A stretch of DNA of 64,000 bases from Pedobacter sp. (GTDB taxonomy: Bacteria > Bacteroidota > Bacteroidia > Sphingobacteriales > Sphingobacteriaceae): the NCBI GenBank assembly GCA_965219295.1, contig OZ244731.1, positions 2,296,236 to 2,360,235 on the forward strand, in the 5' to 3' direction. Shown piece after piece: positions 39,430 to 48,789 of the stretch; position 1 is the stretch's first letter; every line of letters begins with the position of its first letter. The translations under genes were made by a program, and so were the position numbers. The notes beneath the pieces were generated by a model. It was not told the origin of the DNA. It was given only the letters and a program-made list of their open reading frames with translations, and searched no databases.

Positions 39430-39447
39430 TTTAGCAACATCTAATGT

Positions 39448-39477
39448 AAAAACCCGATGCCAAAAGCTCGGGTTTTT
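39448..39477 (+). terminator. Intrinsic terminator after sod
   Basis: AAAAACCCGA...TCGGGTTTTT. Confidence 0.75.
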
Positions 39478-39523
39478 ATGTTTCCAATTTATATGGGTAA
39501 CTTTGAATAAAATATTGCTATCA

Positions 39524-39982
39524 ATGAAACATTTAATTTTTATACTTTTTATTCTATTCGGATTTAATCTGGCCGTAAGCGCACAACAGAATAAACAACC
39601 CACTCCAGCAGAAGTCGCCAAAAAAAATGTTGATGATTTAACCAAAAGATTGAGGTTAAACGATACGCAAAAAAGTGTAATTTACAGATTTACGTTTGCT
39701 CAGGCTAAGGAACAATCAGAAATGATTAAGCGGCAAGAGGCGGGAACAAGTAGAGATGATGATGGCGACAAGTATTACAAAATTCAAAATGAAACTAACG
39801 CCAATATTAGAAACGTTTTAAAAGACGATCAAAAGGCAGAATTCGATAAAATTATAGAAGAACGCTTGCGCGGGATTACCACAGAATCTAAAAAGAAAAA
39901 AAAAGGCAAGCAGCTTGAGCCTGAAGGAGATATTAACGGTTTGTTAACTAAACCAGACACAACTAAGGTTGAGCAGCTTTAA
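39524..39982 (+). CDS. Secreted helical protein with LxxxQ repeats (Spy/CpxP-like)
   Basis: Signal peptide from ATG 39524; LRLNDTQK and LKDDQK motifs. Confidence 0.6.
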   Translation: MKHLIFILFILFGFNLAVSAQQNKQPTPAEVAKKNVDDLTKRLRLNDTQKSVIYRFTFAQAKEQSEMIKRQEAGTSRDDDGDKYYKIQNETNANIRNVLKDDQKAEFDKIIEERLRGITTESKKKKKGKQLEPEGDINGLLTKPDTTKVEQL

Positions 39983-40026
39983 GGTTTCGTTATAGCGAGG
40001 CTAGGTTATAAGAGGTCGTCTTTTTT

Positions 40027-40132
40027 AGCTCAGCGAAGCATCACGCAGAGACGAAGGCCTATTGCAAGCACTTTCACAATTTATCTTTCTATTCGATCAT
40101 GCAAGTGAGATGCTTCCTTCGTCAGCATTGAT
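40027..40132. repeat. Degenerate REP/BIME-like inverted element
   Basis: GAAGCATC (40035-40042) and GATGCTTC (40109-40116) arms with GCTCAGC/GTCAGCAT flanks, between convergent genes. Confidence 0.4.
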
Positions 40133-40171
40133 GCGCAAGGGTAAGTTGCAATCCTTTTTTGCGAAAACACC

Positions 40172-41569
40172 CTAAATCGAACTTCCCTCTAAAAAACCGA
40201 TCAGCTCAACCTCAGTTAATTTCTGTTGCTCACCGCTTTTCATGTTTTTAAGAGTGAGCAAGTTGCTGCTCAGCTCATCGCTTCCAATCAGTAAAACGAA
40301 AGGAATGTTTTTTGCATCGGCGTAAGCCAACTGCTTTTTTAGTTTAGCTCCGTTTGGATAAAGTTCTGCGGCGATATCTTTCTCTCTAAGTTTTTGCAAA
40401 ATAGGTAAGGCAAACTTTTCTGCAGCTTCATCAAAATTGCTAATCAATACTTTTGCTCCGGTAGAGGCAGAAGTCGGAAACAGATTAAGTTCTTCCAAAA
40501 CATCGTAAATCCTATCCGCGCCAAATGAAATGCCAACGCCTGTGAGGTTTTGCAGCCCAAACATTCCGGTTAGATCATCATATCGGCCGCCGCCGCCAAT
40601 ACTCCCCATTTCAGCTTCGTTGGTTTTAACCTCAAAAATGCTGCCTGTGTAGTAGTTCAATCCGCGGGCTAAGGTTATGTCTATTTCAATAGATTCTTCC
40701 AGTCGTTGGTAATTTTCTGCGGTAAGCAATTTAACATACTCCAAAACCTTTTCTATCTCTGCAATACCCTTAAGTCCGATTTGTGATTTAGATAAGGCAG
40801 TTTTCAACTGTTGCAATTTATTATCATTGCTGCCACCTAACAGAATTATGGGGTGTAATATGTTCAAATCGGTTTCGGTAAATCCCGTGGATAACAGTTC
40901 TCTGTTAACTCCATCGATACCAATTTTGTCTAATTTATCAATAGCAATCGTCATGTCTATAATGAGTTCGGGTTTGCCAATAATTTCGGCTAGGCCGGAT
41001 AATATCTTACGATTATTGAGTTTGATGTTAAAGTCTTTTAAACCCAGTAAAGTTAGCGCTTCATGATAAATCAGGATAAATTCCGCTTCATTTAACAAAC
41101 TTTCTGATCCAACTACATCTACATCACATTGATAAAATTCTCTATATCTGCCACGCTGTGGCCTATCTGCGCGCCAAACAGGTTGAATTTGAAAACGCTT
41201 AAACGGAAACGTCAAATCGTTTTGGTGCATCACCACATACCTCGCAAACGGAACGGTAAGATCGTAACGTAGGGCCTTTTCAGATATTTTTGGAGTTGCG
41301 AGTTGTGAGTTACGGCTAGTGAGTATTTGCTCGTTGATTTTTCCTAAAAAATCTCCACTATTTAATATCTTAAAAATAAGTTTGTCTCCTTCTTCTCCAT
41401 ATTTTCCGGTAAGGGTAGTTAGGTTTTCTAGGCTTGGAGTTTGAATTTCGGTAAAGCCATATTTTAAAAATACCTTTTTTAAAATGCTGAAAATGTGGTT
41501 GCGTTTTACCATCTCGTGCGGAGAGAAATCTCTAGTTCCTTTTGCTAGCGAAGGTTTAATTATAGCCAT
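40172..41569 (-). CDS. hisS: Histidine--tRNA ligase
   Basis: KGTRDF, LRYDLT, GRYREFYQCD, RGLNYYTG and GGGRYD motifs. Confidence 0.95.
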   Translation of the reverse strand: MAIIKPSLAKGTRDFSPHEMVKRNHIFSILKKVFLKYGFTEIQTPSLENLTTLTGKYGEEGDKLIFKILNSGDFLGKINEQILTSRNSQLATPKISEKALRYDLTVPFARYVVMHQNDLTFPFKRFQIQPVWRADRPQRGRYREFYQCDVDVVGSESLLNEAEFILIYHEALTLLGLKDFNIKLNNRKILSGLAEIIGKPELIIDMTIAIDKLDKIGIDGVNRELLSTGFTETDLNILHPIILLGGSNDNKLQQLKTALSKSQIGLKGIAEIEKVLEYVKLLTAENYQRLEESIEIDITLARGLNYYTGSIFEVKTNEAEMGSIGGGGRYDDLTGMFGLQNLTGVGISFGADRIYDVLEELNLFPTSASTGAKVLISNFDEAAEKFALPILQKLREKDIAAELYPNGAKLKKQLAYADAKNIPFVLLIGSDELSSNLLTLKNMKSGEQQKLTEVELIGFLEGSSI

Positions 41570-41631
41570 GGCCGCAAAAATACAAAAATTTGTTGCTGTT
41601 GTAAGTGGGTTTCATCCGCGAAAGCGAGCAA

Positions 41632-42606
41632 TTAAACTATCAGCCCAATTTTTTTGGAATGTGCCTTGGCTTCATCGCTGTGCCTAAAAAAGCAGGTTGC
41701 GATTCCACGCTGCTCTATTTCATCGAGTAATCTTTTTGTGCTGTCTGCCTTAGTAGAACTTATATTTCGAATATATACCGCAGCAATATTTGCTGGATAT
41801 CGCTCGGTTATAGTAGTGTAAATTTGAGGATCTTGTTGGGAATTATCTCCGAAGAAAACAAATTTTTGCTCAGGGAACGCGTCTATAACCCTCATTACTC
41901 GAAGCAGTTTTCCTTGGTGGCCAGTCTTGCCGGTTTTAAAAAAATCTCGTAATTGTTTTATGGCATTCAATGAAAATGTGCCATTTGGAAGTTGATTAAA
42001 TCTAAACATTTCAGTAAGATAATCATACAAATTCCACTCGCTACTGCTGACGTAAAAGAATGGATTTGGTTGATCTAAACGAGTATGCGCAAGCGCCAGT
42101 TGCTGATAATAATTTGCGGCCGACGGAAAGACAGTACGCGTTCGCGGATTTTCAGTAAGAAGCACCTTTAACCTTTTCCAAATAGATGCAGAATAAGAAT
42201 TAATTACGGTATCGTCAATATCAGAAATAAACGCATATTGGGTAATATGCGGCACATACACTTTTCCTAAACTTGATGAAATTACATTTTCATCTTGATC
42301 TAAAGCATCTATTTTTACTTCGTGCCAACCTGCCGCTACATTCTCATTCGCGGCCCACTCAAATTTAAAAAATCCATCAGCCTCTGTTTTGTTTAAAAAG
42401 GTTTGACCATAAAAACTAAGGCGGACATTGGCGAAAGGATACGGCTTTACCAAAAACAATTTAATAAGGTTAACCATATTTGTCCAAAGGCTATCACTAA
42501 ATTTTTGGTTGTATTTTAGTTTCTGCTTAAAAACATGTCCGAAAACAACCAAGTTGTGCGTATGTCCGTAACCATGATAAACTTTTACGGTAACCGTGTT
42601 GCTCAT
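41632..42606 (-). CDS. App1-like phosphatidate phosphatase (DUF2183)
   Basis: ISDIDDT (DxDxT), YVSSSEWNLY and GDNSQQDP motifs. Confidence 0.85.
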   Translation of the reverse strand: MSNTVTVKVYHGYGHTHNLVVFGHVFKQKLKYNQKFSDSLWTNMVNLIKLFLVKPYPFANVRLSFYGQTFLNKTEADGFFKFEWAANENVAAGWHEVKIDALDQDENVISSSLGKVYVPHITQYAFISDIDDTVINSYSASIWKRLKVLLTENPRTRTVFPSAANYYQQLALAHTRLDQPNPFFYVSSSEWNLYDYLTEMFRFNQLPNGTFSLNAIKQLRDFFKTGKTGHQGKLLRVMRVIDAFPEQKFVFFGDNSQQDPQIYTTITERYPANIAAVYIRNISSTKADSTKRLLDEIEQRGIATCFFRHSDEAKAHSKKIGLIV

Positions 42607-42666
42607 AATTTTAAAACAGAGTTTCCATTAACTTGTTTGTAGAGAACTAAATTCCGAACTATATAA

Positions 42667-43521
42667 ATGAAGCTATTATTTATCATAAATCCTGGGGCGG
42701 GCAATCATGACGAAAACTTTAAAGAAATTATCTCAGCGCATTTCTCAGACGGAGATGCCCAATTAGATTTTTATGAATTACCGAGTGACTGCTCTTTAGA
42801 AAAAATAAGGCAAAAAATAACGGATTCCCAGCCTGATAGAGTTGTTGCCGTTGGTGGCGATGGAACTTTAAAGTTGGCTGCCGAATGTTTAATTGGTAAG
42901 GCTATTCCAATTGGTGTAGTTGCAGCCGGATCTGCAAACGGAATGGCAAAAGAGTTGGGAGTTCCTTTGGATATCCCGAGCGCGTTAAACCTTGCAAAAA
43001 CAGGAACGCCAAAATCGATTCATCTTGTAAAAGTAAACGATGAAATCTGCATGCACTTATCTGACATGGGTTTCAATGCGTATCTAATTAAGATTTTCGA
43101 TGCTCTACCGCAACGTGGAATGTGGAGTTATGCAAAAGCTGCTTGGTACGCTTTGCTGAACCATAAAAAAATGGATGTAGCATTGATGATAGATGGCGAA
43201 ACCAAAACGAGCAAAGCAGCAATGGTTGCAATTGCGAATGCAACCATGTATGGATCGGGTTTGAAAATAAACCCAGTAGGTAAACTAGATGACGAGCTTT
43301 TTGAAATAATTTTAGTAAAAGACTACTCCTATTATGAGATCTTAAAAATGTGGATTACCAGCCTGCCCCTAAATCCACAAAAAATTGAAGTATTGCAAGC
43401 GGCGGAAGTCACCATAAGAGCAAAGAAAAAAACACACTTTCAAGTTGATGGGGAATATCTTGGAAAAGTAGATAAGGTACATGCTAAAATTATGCCTGCG
43501 GCAATAAGTATTATTTTGTGA
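42667..43521 (+). CDS. Diacylglycerol/lipid kinase family protein
   Basis: INP, GGDGT, GSANGMA and QVDGE motifs. Confidence 0.9.
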   Translation: MKLLFIINPGAGNHDENFKEIISAHFSDGDAQLDFYELPSDCSLEKIRQKITDSQPDRVVAVGGDGTLKLAAECLIGKAIPIGVVAAGSANGMAKELGVPLDIPSALNLAKTGTPKSIHLVKVNDEICMHLSDMGFNAYLIKIFDALPQRGMWSYAKAAWYALLNHKKMDVALMIDGETKTSKAAMVAIANATMYGSGLKINPVGKLDDELFEIILVKDYSYYEILKMWITSLPLNPQKIEVLQAAEVTIRAKKKTHFQVDGEYLGKVDKVHAKIMPAAISIIL

Positions 43522-43642
43522 GAGGCGGAAGGCTGGTTAGAGTATCATAACCGATTTTTTTTCGAAAAATGAATCGTTTTGACAGTTTAAAAATCAGATT
43601 TTGAAGATTGACTCTTAAGTTTACTATCAACCACGGGCCAAT

Positions 43643-44032
43643 TTAAAAATACCGCCGATAAATTTTCACGCTATAGTAAACCCTAAAAAACTCGGCTACA
43701 ATACATACCCTAAAAAATGCATCAAACCAGCCGTTTGATAAATTCAACCATTCAGGTAAAAGCGTAATAAATCCTATGGAAAAAACCCAAAGTATCAATC
43801 GAAAAGGAAATTGGATATAATAGGTGATGAATCCGAATTTTTTAAAAAACATTAAGCCTGCAGCCGATGCGACCAGCGAAAAGAAAAGAGGAAAGGTCAG
43901 CCAAACCCTCGCTTGAGAAAGAAAGTTATTCGGCACATCTTCTATATGCGTTGCTAAATTCCAGGTAGGCAGAAACAATAAAAAGGTTGAGACTATATCG
44001 AAAGCAGCAAAAATTTTTGTCAAAAAACGCAT
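43643..44032 (-). CDS. Hypothetical membrane protein
   Basis: Hydrophobic helices; abuts the TonB-domain gene. Confidence 0.65.
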   Translation of the reverse strand: MRFLTKIFAAFDIVSTFLLFLPTWNLATHIEDVPNNFLSQARVWLTFPLFFSLVASAAGLMFFKKFGFITYYIQFPFRLILWVFSIGFITLLPEWLNLSNGWFDAFFRVCIVAEFFRVYYSVKIYRRYF

Positions 44033-44686
44033 TTAACTGCAATACTTTGTTAGATAATCATCGGCAAGGCTGCTTCCCATATTTTTCACAAAATTAAAAT
44101 CTTCGCAAGCGCCTTGTCTATCACCTTGTTTAATTTTTTTTAATGCAGCTTTTATTCGTTCATTCAAATATTCGTCATCAATACCTAACTGATTTTTCAA
44201 ATTAATAATTTGTTGTTCTTGCCCAGGTTTCGCCTCACTGTAATTTTTATAGAAATTGGCAATCGTATTTATTTGCCCCAACTCTACTTGATATTGATTA
44301 ATTGCTTGGTTAATTTCCTGCTGACTTTTGCTAGCACAATTATAGCCTTGCAAGGTAAATTTAACGGGTACCACAATATTGGTTGTCGTATCATAATCGG
44401 ATGGCACCAACCATTTGCCGCTACTCATACGCACAAGCCGAAGCGCTTCGTCATCCAAATCTGTACCGATGCGTTTTGTAATTTTAGAAAAATATACTCT
44501 ACCCTGTTCATCCAATTTGAAACTAATTTCTGTTGTTCCTTGAATGCAGTTGTCTTTAGAAAAGGTTGGATAGATTGTGTTCTGCGTTAGGAAATTTGCG
44601 AAACCACTTGGCCCACTCTTAAAACGCGGTTGAGCAGAGACAATCAAACAAATAAGCATAAAACAAATAACCAAAAGCTTTTTCAT
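44033..44686 (-). CDS. Secreted TonB C-terminal-domain protein
   Basis: Signal peptide; YP..SK...IQG...ISF..DEQG and LDDEALRLV motifs; helical C-terminus. Confidence 0.75.
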   Translation of the reverse strand: MKKLLVICFMLICLIVSAQPRFKSGPSGFANFLTQNTIYPTFSKDNCIQGTTEISFKLDEQGRVYFSKITKRIGTDLDDEALRLVRMSSGKWLVPSDYDTTTNIVVPVKFTLQGYNCASKSQQEINQAINQYQVELGQINTIANFYKNYSEAKPGQEQQIINLKNQLGIDDEYLNERIKAALKKIKQGDRQGACEDFNFVKNMGSSLADDYLTKYCS

Positions 44687-44695
44687 CTTATTAAT

Positions 44696-45406
44696 TTACG
44701 AATAATAAACGTCGCTGATCTTACCAAAAGTATGCCGCAAGATAACTTCAGGATTCGGGCAGTTTCTTAAATATTTTTCTCGTTCGCTAAATTTACAAAC
44801 ACCGGGATAATCGCCAAAATAATCGCCCATGTTCAGTATGAGTTGAAAATGCAAATGTGGCGGCCAAGAGCCATTTTCGTTTTCGTTGCCAAAAGCACCG
44901 AAGTTTTTCCCTTTCGGGATTATTTTTCCTACTTTCAGGCCAACAAGCGAAGCCGTAGTAAGATGGCCGTAAAGAGCGTGGAAAATAAAATTATCGATAT
45001 TGTATTCTAAAATAATAGTGGCACCATAGTCTCCAAAGTTATTGTTTGAGCCAACACTATGCACTTTAGCATTATAAAAATTGTAGATTGGCGTGCCGAC
45101 TCTTCCCCAAATATCTAGACCGAGATGCAACCTGCGAGCCTCGCCAACCGCGGTAAAATGCTCGCTTCTACTATAAATCGTTCGGTGTTCGTTGTAGCCT
45201 CCAATTCCGTAATTAGCTTTAGCGGTTGCCAATTTTTCATCGATCCAAGTAGAAAAAAGTGAGGTGTCGTCCAACTGCTCTTTACACAAGCTGACGTTGT
45301 TTTTTGTAAAATCTATATGAAGAAGAGCGTCTGCCGAGGCATCGAAATCAACGACTTTTCCAAACCTTTTGTTTGTGTTAGCAAAAATATCTTCTATGTT
45401 TTTCAA
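44696..45406 (-). CDS. M23 metallopeptidase
   Basis: HLGLD, LYGHL and PPHLHFQ motifs. Confidence 0.85.
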   Translation of the reverse strand: MKNIEDIFANTNKRFGKVVDFDASADALLHIDFTKNNVSLCKEQLDDTSLFSTWIDEKLATAKANYGIGGYNEHRTIYSRSEHFTAVGEARRLHLGLDIWGRVGTPIYNFYNAKVHSVGSNNNFGDYGATIILEYNIDNFIFHALYGHLTTASLVGLKVGKIIPKGKNFGAFGNENENGSWPPHLHFQLILNMGDYFGDYPGVCKFSEREKYLRNCPNPEVILRHTFGKISDVYYS

Positions 45407-45418
45407 ACAGATAATAAG

Positions 45419-45793
45419 CTAATCTTCACTGGTTTCTTCCTTTCGATCTTTATTTATCTGCTCAAAAAGATGATCCATTCTTTCCACGTATTCGTTGGTA
45501 TCATCTACAAAGAAGTTTAGCTCCGGAATTACACGTACTTGATTTCTAATGCGCGTTCCCAGTTTATATCTAATCTCCCCGTTGTGCGAATTTACGATGT
45601 TGATGGAAGCTTCTGTATCTTTCGTGTTAAAAAAGCTAAGGTATATTTTTGCTACAGCCAAGTCTGGAGATACACGCACTCTGGTTATTGTAACTAACGT
45701 ATCTGGCAAAAGTGATGAACCTTCACGCTGAAAAATTTGGGCCAATTCTTCTTGTAAAACCCCTGCAAATTTTTGCTGTCTTTTACTTTCCAT
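45419..45793 (-). CDS. rbfA: Ribosome-binding factor A
   Basis: MESKRQQK, VSPDL.VAKIY and IPELNFFVD motifs. Confidence 0.95.
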   Translation of the reverse strand: MESKRQQKFAGVLQEELAQIFQREGSSLLPDTLVTITRVRVSPDLAVAKIYLSFFNTKDTEASINIVNSHNGEIRYKLGTRIRNQVRVIPELNFFVDDTNEYVERMDHLFEQINKDRKEETSED

Positions 45794-45847
45794 AATTCCT
45801 AATTTAGTTTTTCTCAAAGCGATGACATGCATCGCTAAAGCTTATAA

Positions 45848-47044
45848 TCAATAAAGCAAATTACCGCTGTACGGATACCGAATAATGTTTGCTGCGCTTA
45901 CCATCTCGTAAAGTTTGTTCTTAAATTCATCAATATTTTCCTTTTCTGTAGCCGATATAAATAAAGTCGGAATATTTCCATGACTCATCCAGCTATTTTT
46001 AAAATCTTCTAAAGACATTTTTCCATCCTCAAGCGCTTGCAAATCGTCTTCTTCCGGCGGAACATATGCATCAATCTTGTTAAAAACCAAAAGCATTTCT
46101 TTATCTATTGCGCCAATATCTTTAAGTGTTTCGTTAACGGTAAACAGTTGATCTTCGAAGTTTGGGTGCGAAACATCTACCACATGAATTAAAATGTCTG
46201 CTTCGCGCACCTCATCTAAAGTAGATTTAAAACATTCCACCAAATGGTGCGGAAGTTTTCTAATAAAGCCAACCGTATCGCTAAGTAAAAAGGGCACATT
46301 GCCAATCACCATTTTTCTCACGGTAGTATCTAACGTCGCAAATAATTTATTCTCAGCAAATACTTCCGATTTTGACAGCATATTCATGATGGTGGACTTG
46401 CCCACATTGGTATAACCAACCAAAGCAATACGAATCAGCTCTCCCCGATTTTTCCGTTGTGTTTCGTTCTGCCTATCTATATGCCGCAATCGTTCTTTCA
46501 GCAACGAAATTTTGCTCAAAATAATTCTTCTATCGGTTTCAATTTGGGTTTCGCCCGGCCCACGCATCCCAATGCCACCTTTTTGACGTTCTAGGTGAGT
46601 CCACATTCTGGTAAGTCTTGGCAGCATATATTGTAATTGTGCAAGTTCTACCTGCGTTTTTGCTTGCGCCGTTTGCGCCCTATTCGCAAAAATATCTAAA
46701 ATCAAAATACTCCTGTCCAATATCTTAACGCCGAGCTCTCTTTCGATGTTACGCAACTGCGATGGCGACAATTCATCATCGAATACCACCACATCTATTT
46801 CCTCTGCTTTTACGTAAGCTTGAATTTCTTCCAGTTTTCCGGTACCAACAAAGGTGGAGCGATCTGGCTTAAGCATTTTTTGCGTGAAGGTTTTTTCTAC
46901 TTCGCCTCCCGCGGTCTGAACCAAAAAGGCCAACTCATCTAAATATTCTTTTGTTTGGGCTTCTTTCTCGCCCGGAGTTATTATGCCAACAAGTACTACT
47001 CTTTCTTGTACCGCAGCGGTATCATGCATTTTTTGTTTACTCAT
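45848..47044 (-). CDS. hflX: GTPase HflX
   Basis: GYTNVGKST, LFATLD, DTVGF and NKID motifs. Confidence 0.95.
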   Translation of the reverse strand: MSKQKMHDTAAVQERVVLVGIITPGEKEAQTKEYLDELAFLVQTAGGEVEKTFTQKMLKPDRSTFVGTGKLEEIQAYVKAEEIDVVVFDDELSPSQLRNIERELGVKILDRSILILDIFANRAQTAQAKTQVELAQLQYMLPRLTRMWTHLERQKGGIGMRGPGETQIETDRRIILSKISLLKERLRHIDRQNETQRKNRGELIRIALVGYTNVGKSTIMNMLSKSEVFAENKLFATLDTTVRKMVIGNVPFLLSDTVGFIRKLPHHLVECFKSTLDEVREADILIHVVDVSHPNFEDQLFTVNETLKDIGAIDKEMLLVFNKIDAYVPPEEDDLQALEDGKMSLEDFKNSWMSHGNIPTLFISATEKENIDEFKNKLYEMVSAANIIRYPYSGNLLY

Positions 47045-47343
47045 AGTTTCAAAACAAATATACAAAATTAAGAAGCCAATTTATTTGGTTTGATGGCGAG
47101 AATGTAAAAGTTTGATATGCAAAAAGTGCTTAGAAATTAATTTTTGGGCGGATGTGTTCAAAATAAATTATTTCGCTTATACTGAGCTTGAAGTTCATCG
47201 CGTGCATCTGCTTCATAATCATAGCGCTCCTACGGAGTTAAACCAATCCCGTGAAAATTGTCAACTGCTGATGAATTGTGCTTGCAAAGTGCTTTTGATC
47301 ATAAAATAGTAATTCTACTAGTTGCGCAATGCTTAAAAGAATT

Positions 47344-48126
47344 CTACATCCGCCCCACAAATTCCTCCATCGCCTTCCCCGGATTTTCGGTCTTCATAAA
47401 ATTTTCGCCAATTAAAAATCCTTGAAAACCTGCTGATCTTAAACTTCTTATAATAGCCGGATCGCTGATGGCGCTTTCAGAAATTTTTAAAAACTCGTTT
47501 GGGATTTGATTTACCAAATTGTAAGAGTTCTTAATATCTACCGTAAAATCTGCCAAGTTTCTATTGTTTACTCCAATCGCATCCAATTCTGGGCAAATGC
47601 TTCGTTCTAATTCAAATTGGTTATGTACCTCGAGCAAAATATTTAAACCAAGATTTTTTGCCGTTTTCGAGAACCGGTTTATTTCCTCAGGCGATAAGAT
47701 AGCTGCTATGAGAAGAATTATATCTGCGCCCCAAGCTTTCGCCTCCAAAATTTGATATTCATCAATTATAAAATCTTTCCTTAAAATTGGGATTTTGTTC
47801 GCCTCTCTAGCGGCTAAAATATCATCGATAGAACCACCAAAAAAATCTACATCCGTAAGGACGCTGAGCGCTGAAGCACCCGCTTTATTGTAAGCCTGCG
47901 TAATTTCTGTAACATCGGCCATGCCATTTATCAATCCTTTAGATGGCGATCTCCGTTTAAATTCTGCAATAATGCCGCTGCGGTTTTCATCCAACAAAAA
48001 ATCTTTAAAAATTAGAGGAGTGCTGCCGAAATAAGCCGATTGCTCTAGTTCTGCAATGCTAACAAATTGTTTCGCAGAAACCAGCTCTTCTCGTTTTCTA
48101 GCCACTATTTTTTGCAGGATATTCAT
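47344..48126 (-). CDS. trpC: Indole-3-glycerol phosphate synthase
   Basis: IAEFKRRSPSKG, LRKDF, LLEVH, GVNNRNL and SESAI motifs. Confidence 0.95.
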   Translation of the reverse strand: MNILQKIVARKREELVSAKQFVSIAELEQSAYFGSTPLIFKDFLLDENRSGIIAEFKRRSPSKGLINGMADVTEITQAYNKAGASALSVLTDVDFFGGSIDDILAAREANKIPILRKDFIIDEYQILEAKAWGADIILLIAAILSPEEINRFSKTAKNLGLNILLEVHNQFELERSICPELDAIGVNNRNLADFTVDIKNSYNLVNQIPNEFLKISESAISDPAIIRSLRSAGFQGFLIGENFMKTENPGKAMEEFVGRM

Positions 48127-48186
48127 TTTATATTTCCACCCAATTTAATCAAAACTACTATCTCTTTAATTTTTAAAACTCGGAAA

Positions 48187-48777
48187 CTAATATGTCAACC
48201 AATTTTCCATCATTTTTTTACCATGTTCTGTAAGCACACTTTCCGGGTGAAATTGAACGCCACGAACATCTAAATTTTCATGCCTAAGTGCCATAATTCC
48301 GTTTGTATGGTCTTTTGCGGTAATCTTCAAACAAGATGGTAGATTTTCATTGCTAACCACCCAACTGTGGTATCGCCCCACATTTATAGTTTGTGGACAT
48401 TCCCAAAACAAACTTTCCTCTCCATCGGTAACGGTGACCGGGGTTGCGATGCCGTGCATTGGTCTGCCAAGGTTTAATAACGTAGCACCAAAAACCTCTG
48501 CAATGGCCTGCTGACCTAAACAAACGCCAAAAATACTTTTGGTTTTGCTGTATTCTCTAATCACGTCCATCAACAGACCTGCTTCTGTAGGAATACCTGG
48601 TCCTGGCGATAAAAGAATCTTATCGTAGGCTTCTACATCTTCCAAATCGAATTTATCGTTACGCCACACTTCCGCCTCAAAGCCAACCTCATTAATTAAG
48701 TGAACCAAATTATAGGTGAAACTGTCGTAATTATCTATTACTAAAACCGTTTTACTAGTGTCTTTTTTGTTTTCCAT
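48187..48777 (-). CDS. trpG: Anthranilate synthase component II
   Basis: DNYDSFTYN, SPGPG, GVCLGQQ and QFHPES motifs. Confidence 0.9.
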   Translation of the reverse strand: MENKKDTSKTVLVIDNYDSFTYNLVHLINEVGFEAEVWRNDKFDLEDVEAYDKILLSPGPGIPTEAGLLMDVIREYSKTKSIFGVCLGQQAIAEVFGATLLNLGRPMHGIATPVTVTDGEESLFWECPQTINVGRYHSWVVSNENLPSCLKITAKDHTNGIMALRHENLDVRGVQFHPESVLTEHGKKMMENWLTY

Positions 48778-48789
48778 CGTTACGTTCCA

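Noticed and set aside
47112-47309. 65-aa Cys-rich ORF between hflX and trpC
   Set aside because: Non-ATG start, no recognisable family, opposite to flanking genes, and overlaps a REP-like hairpin.
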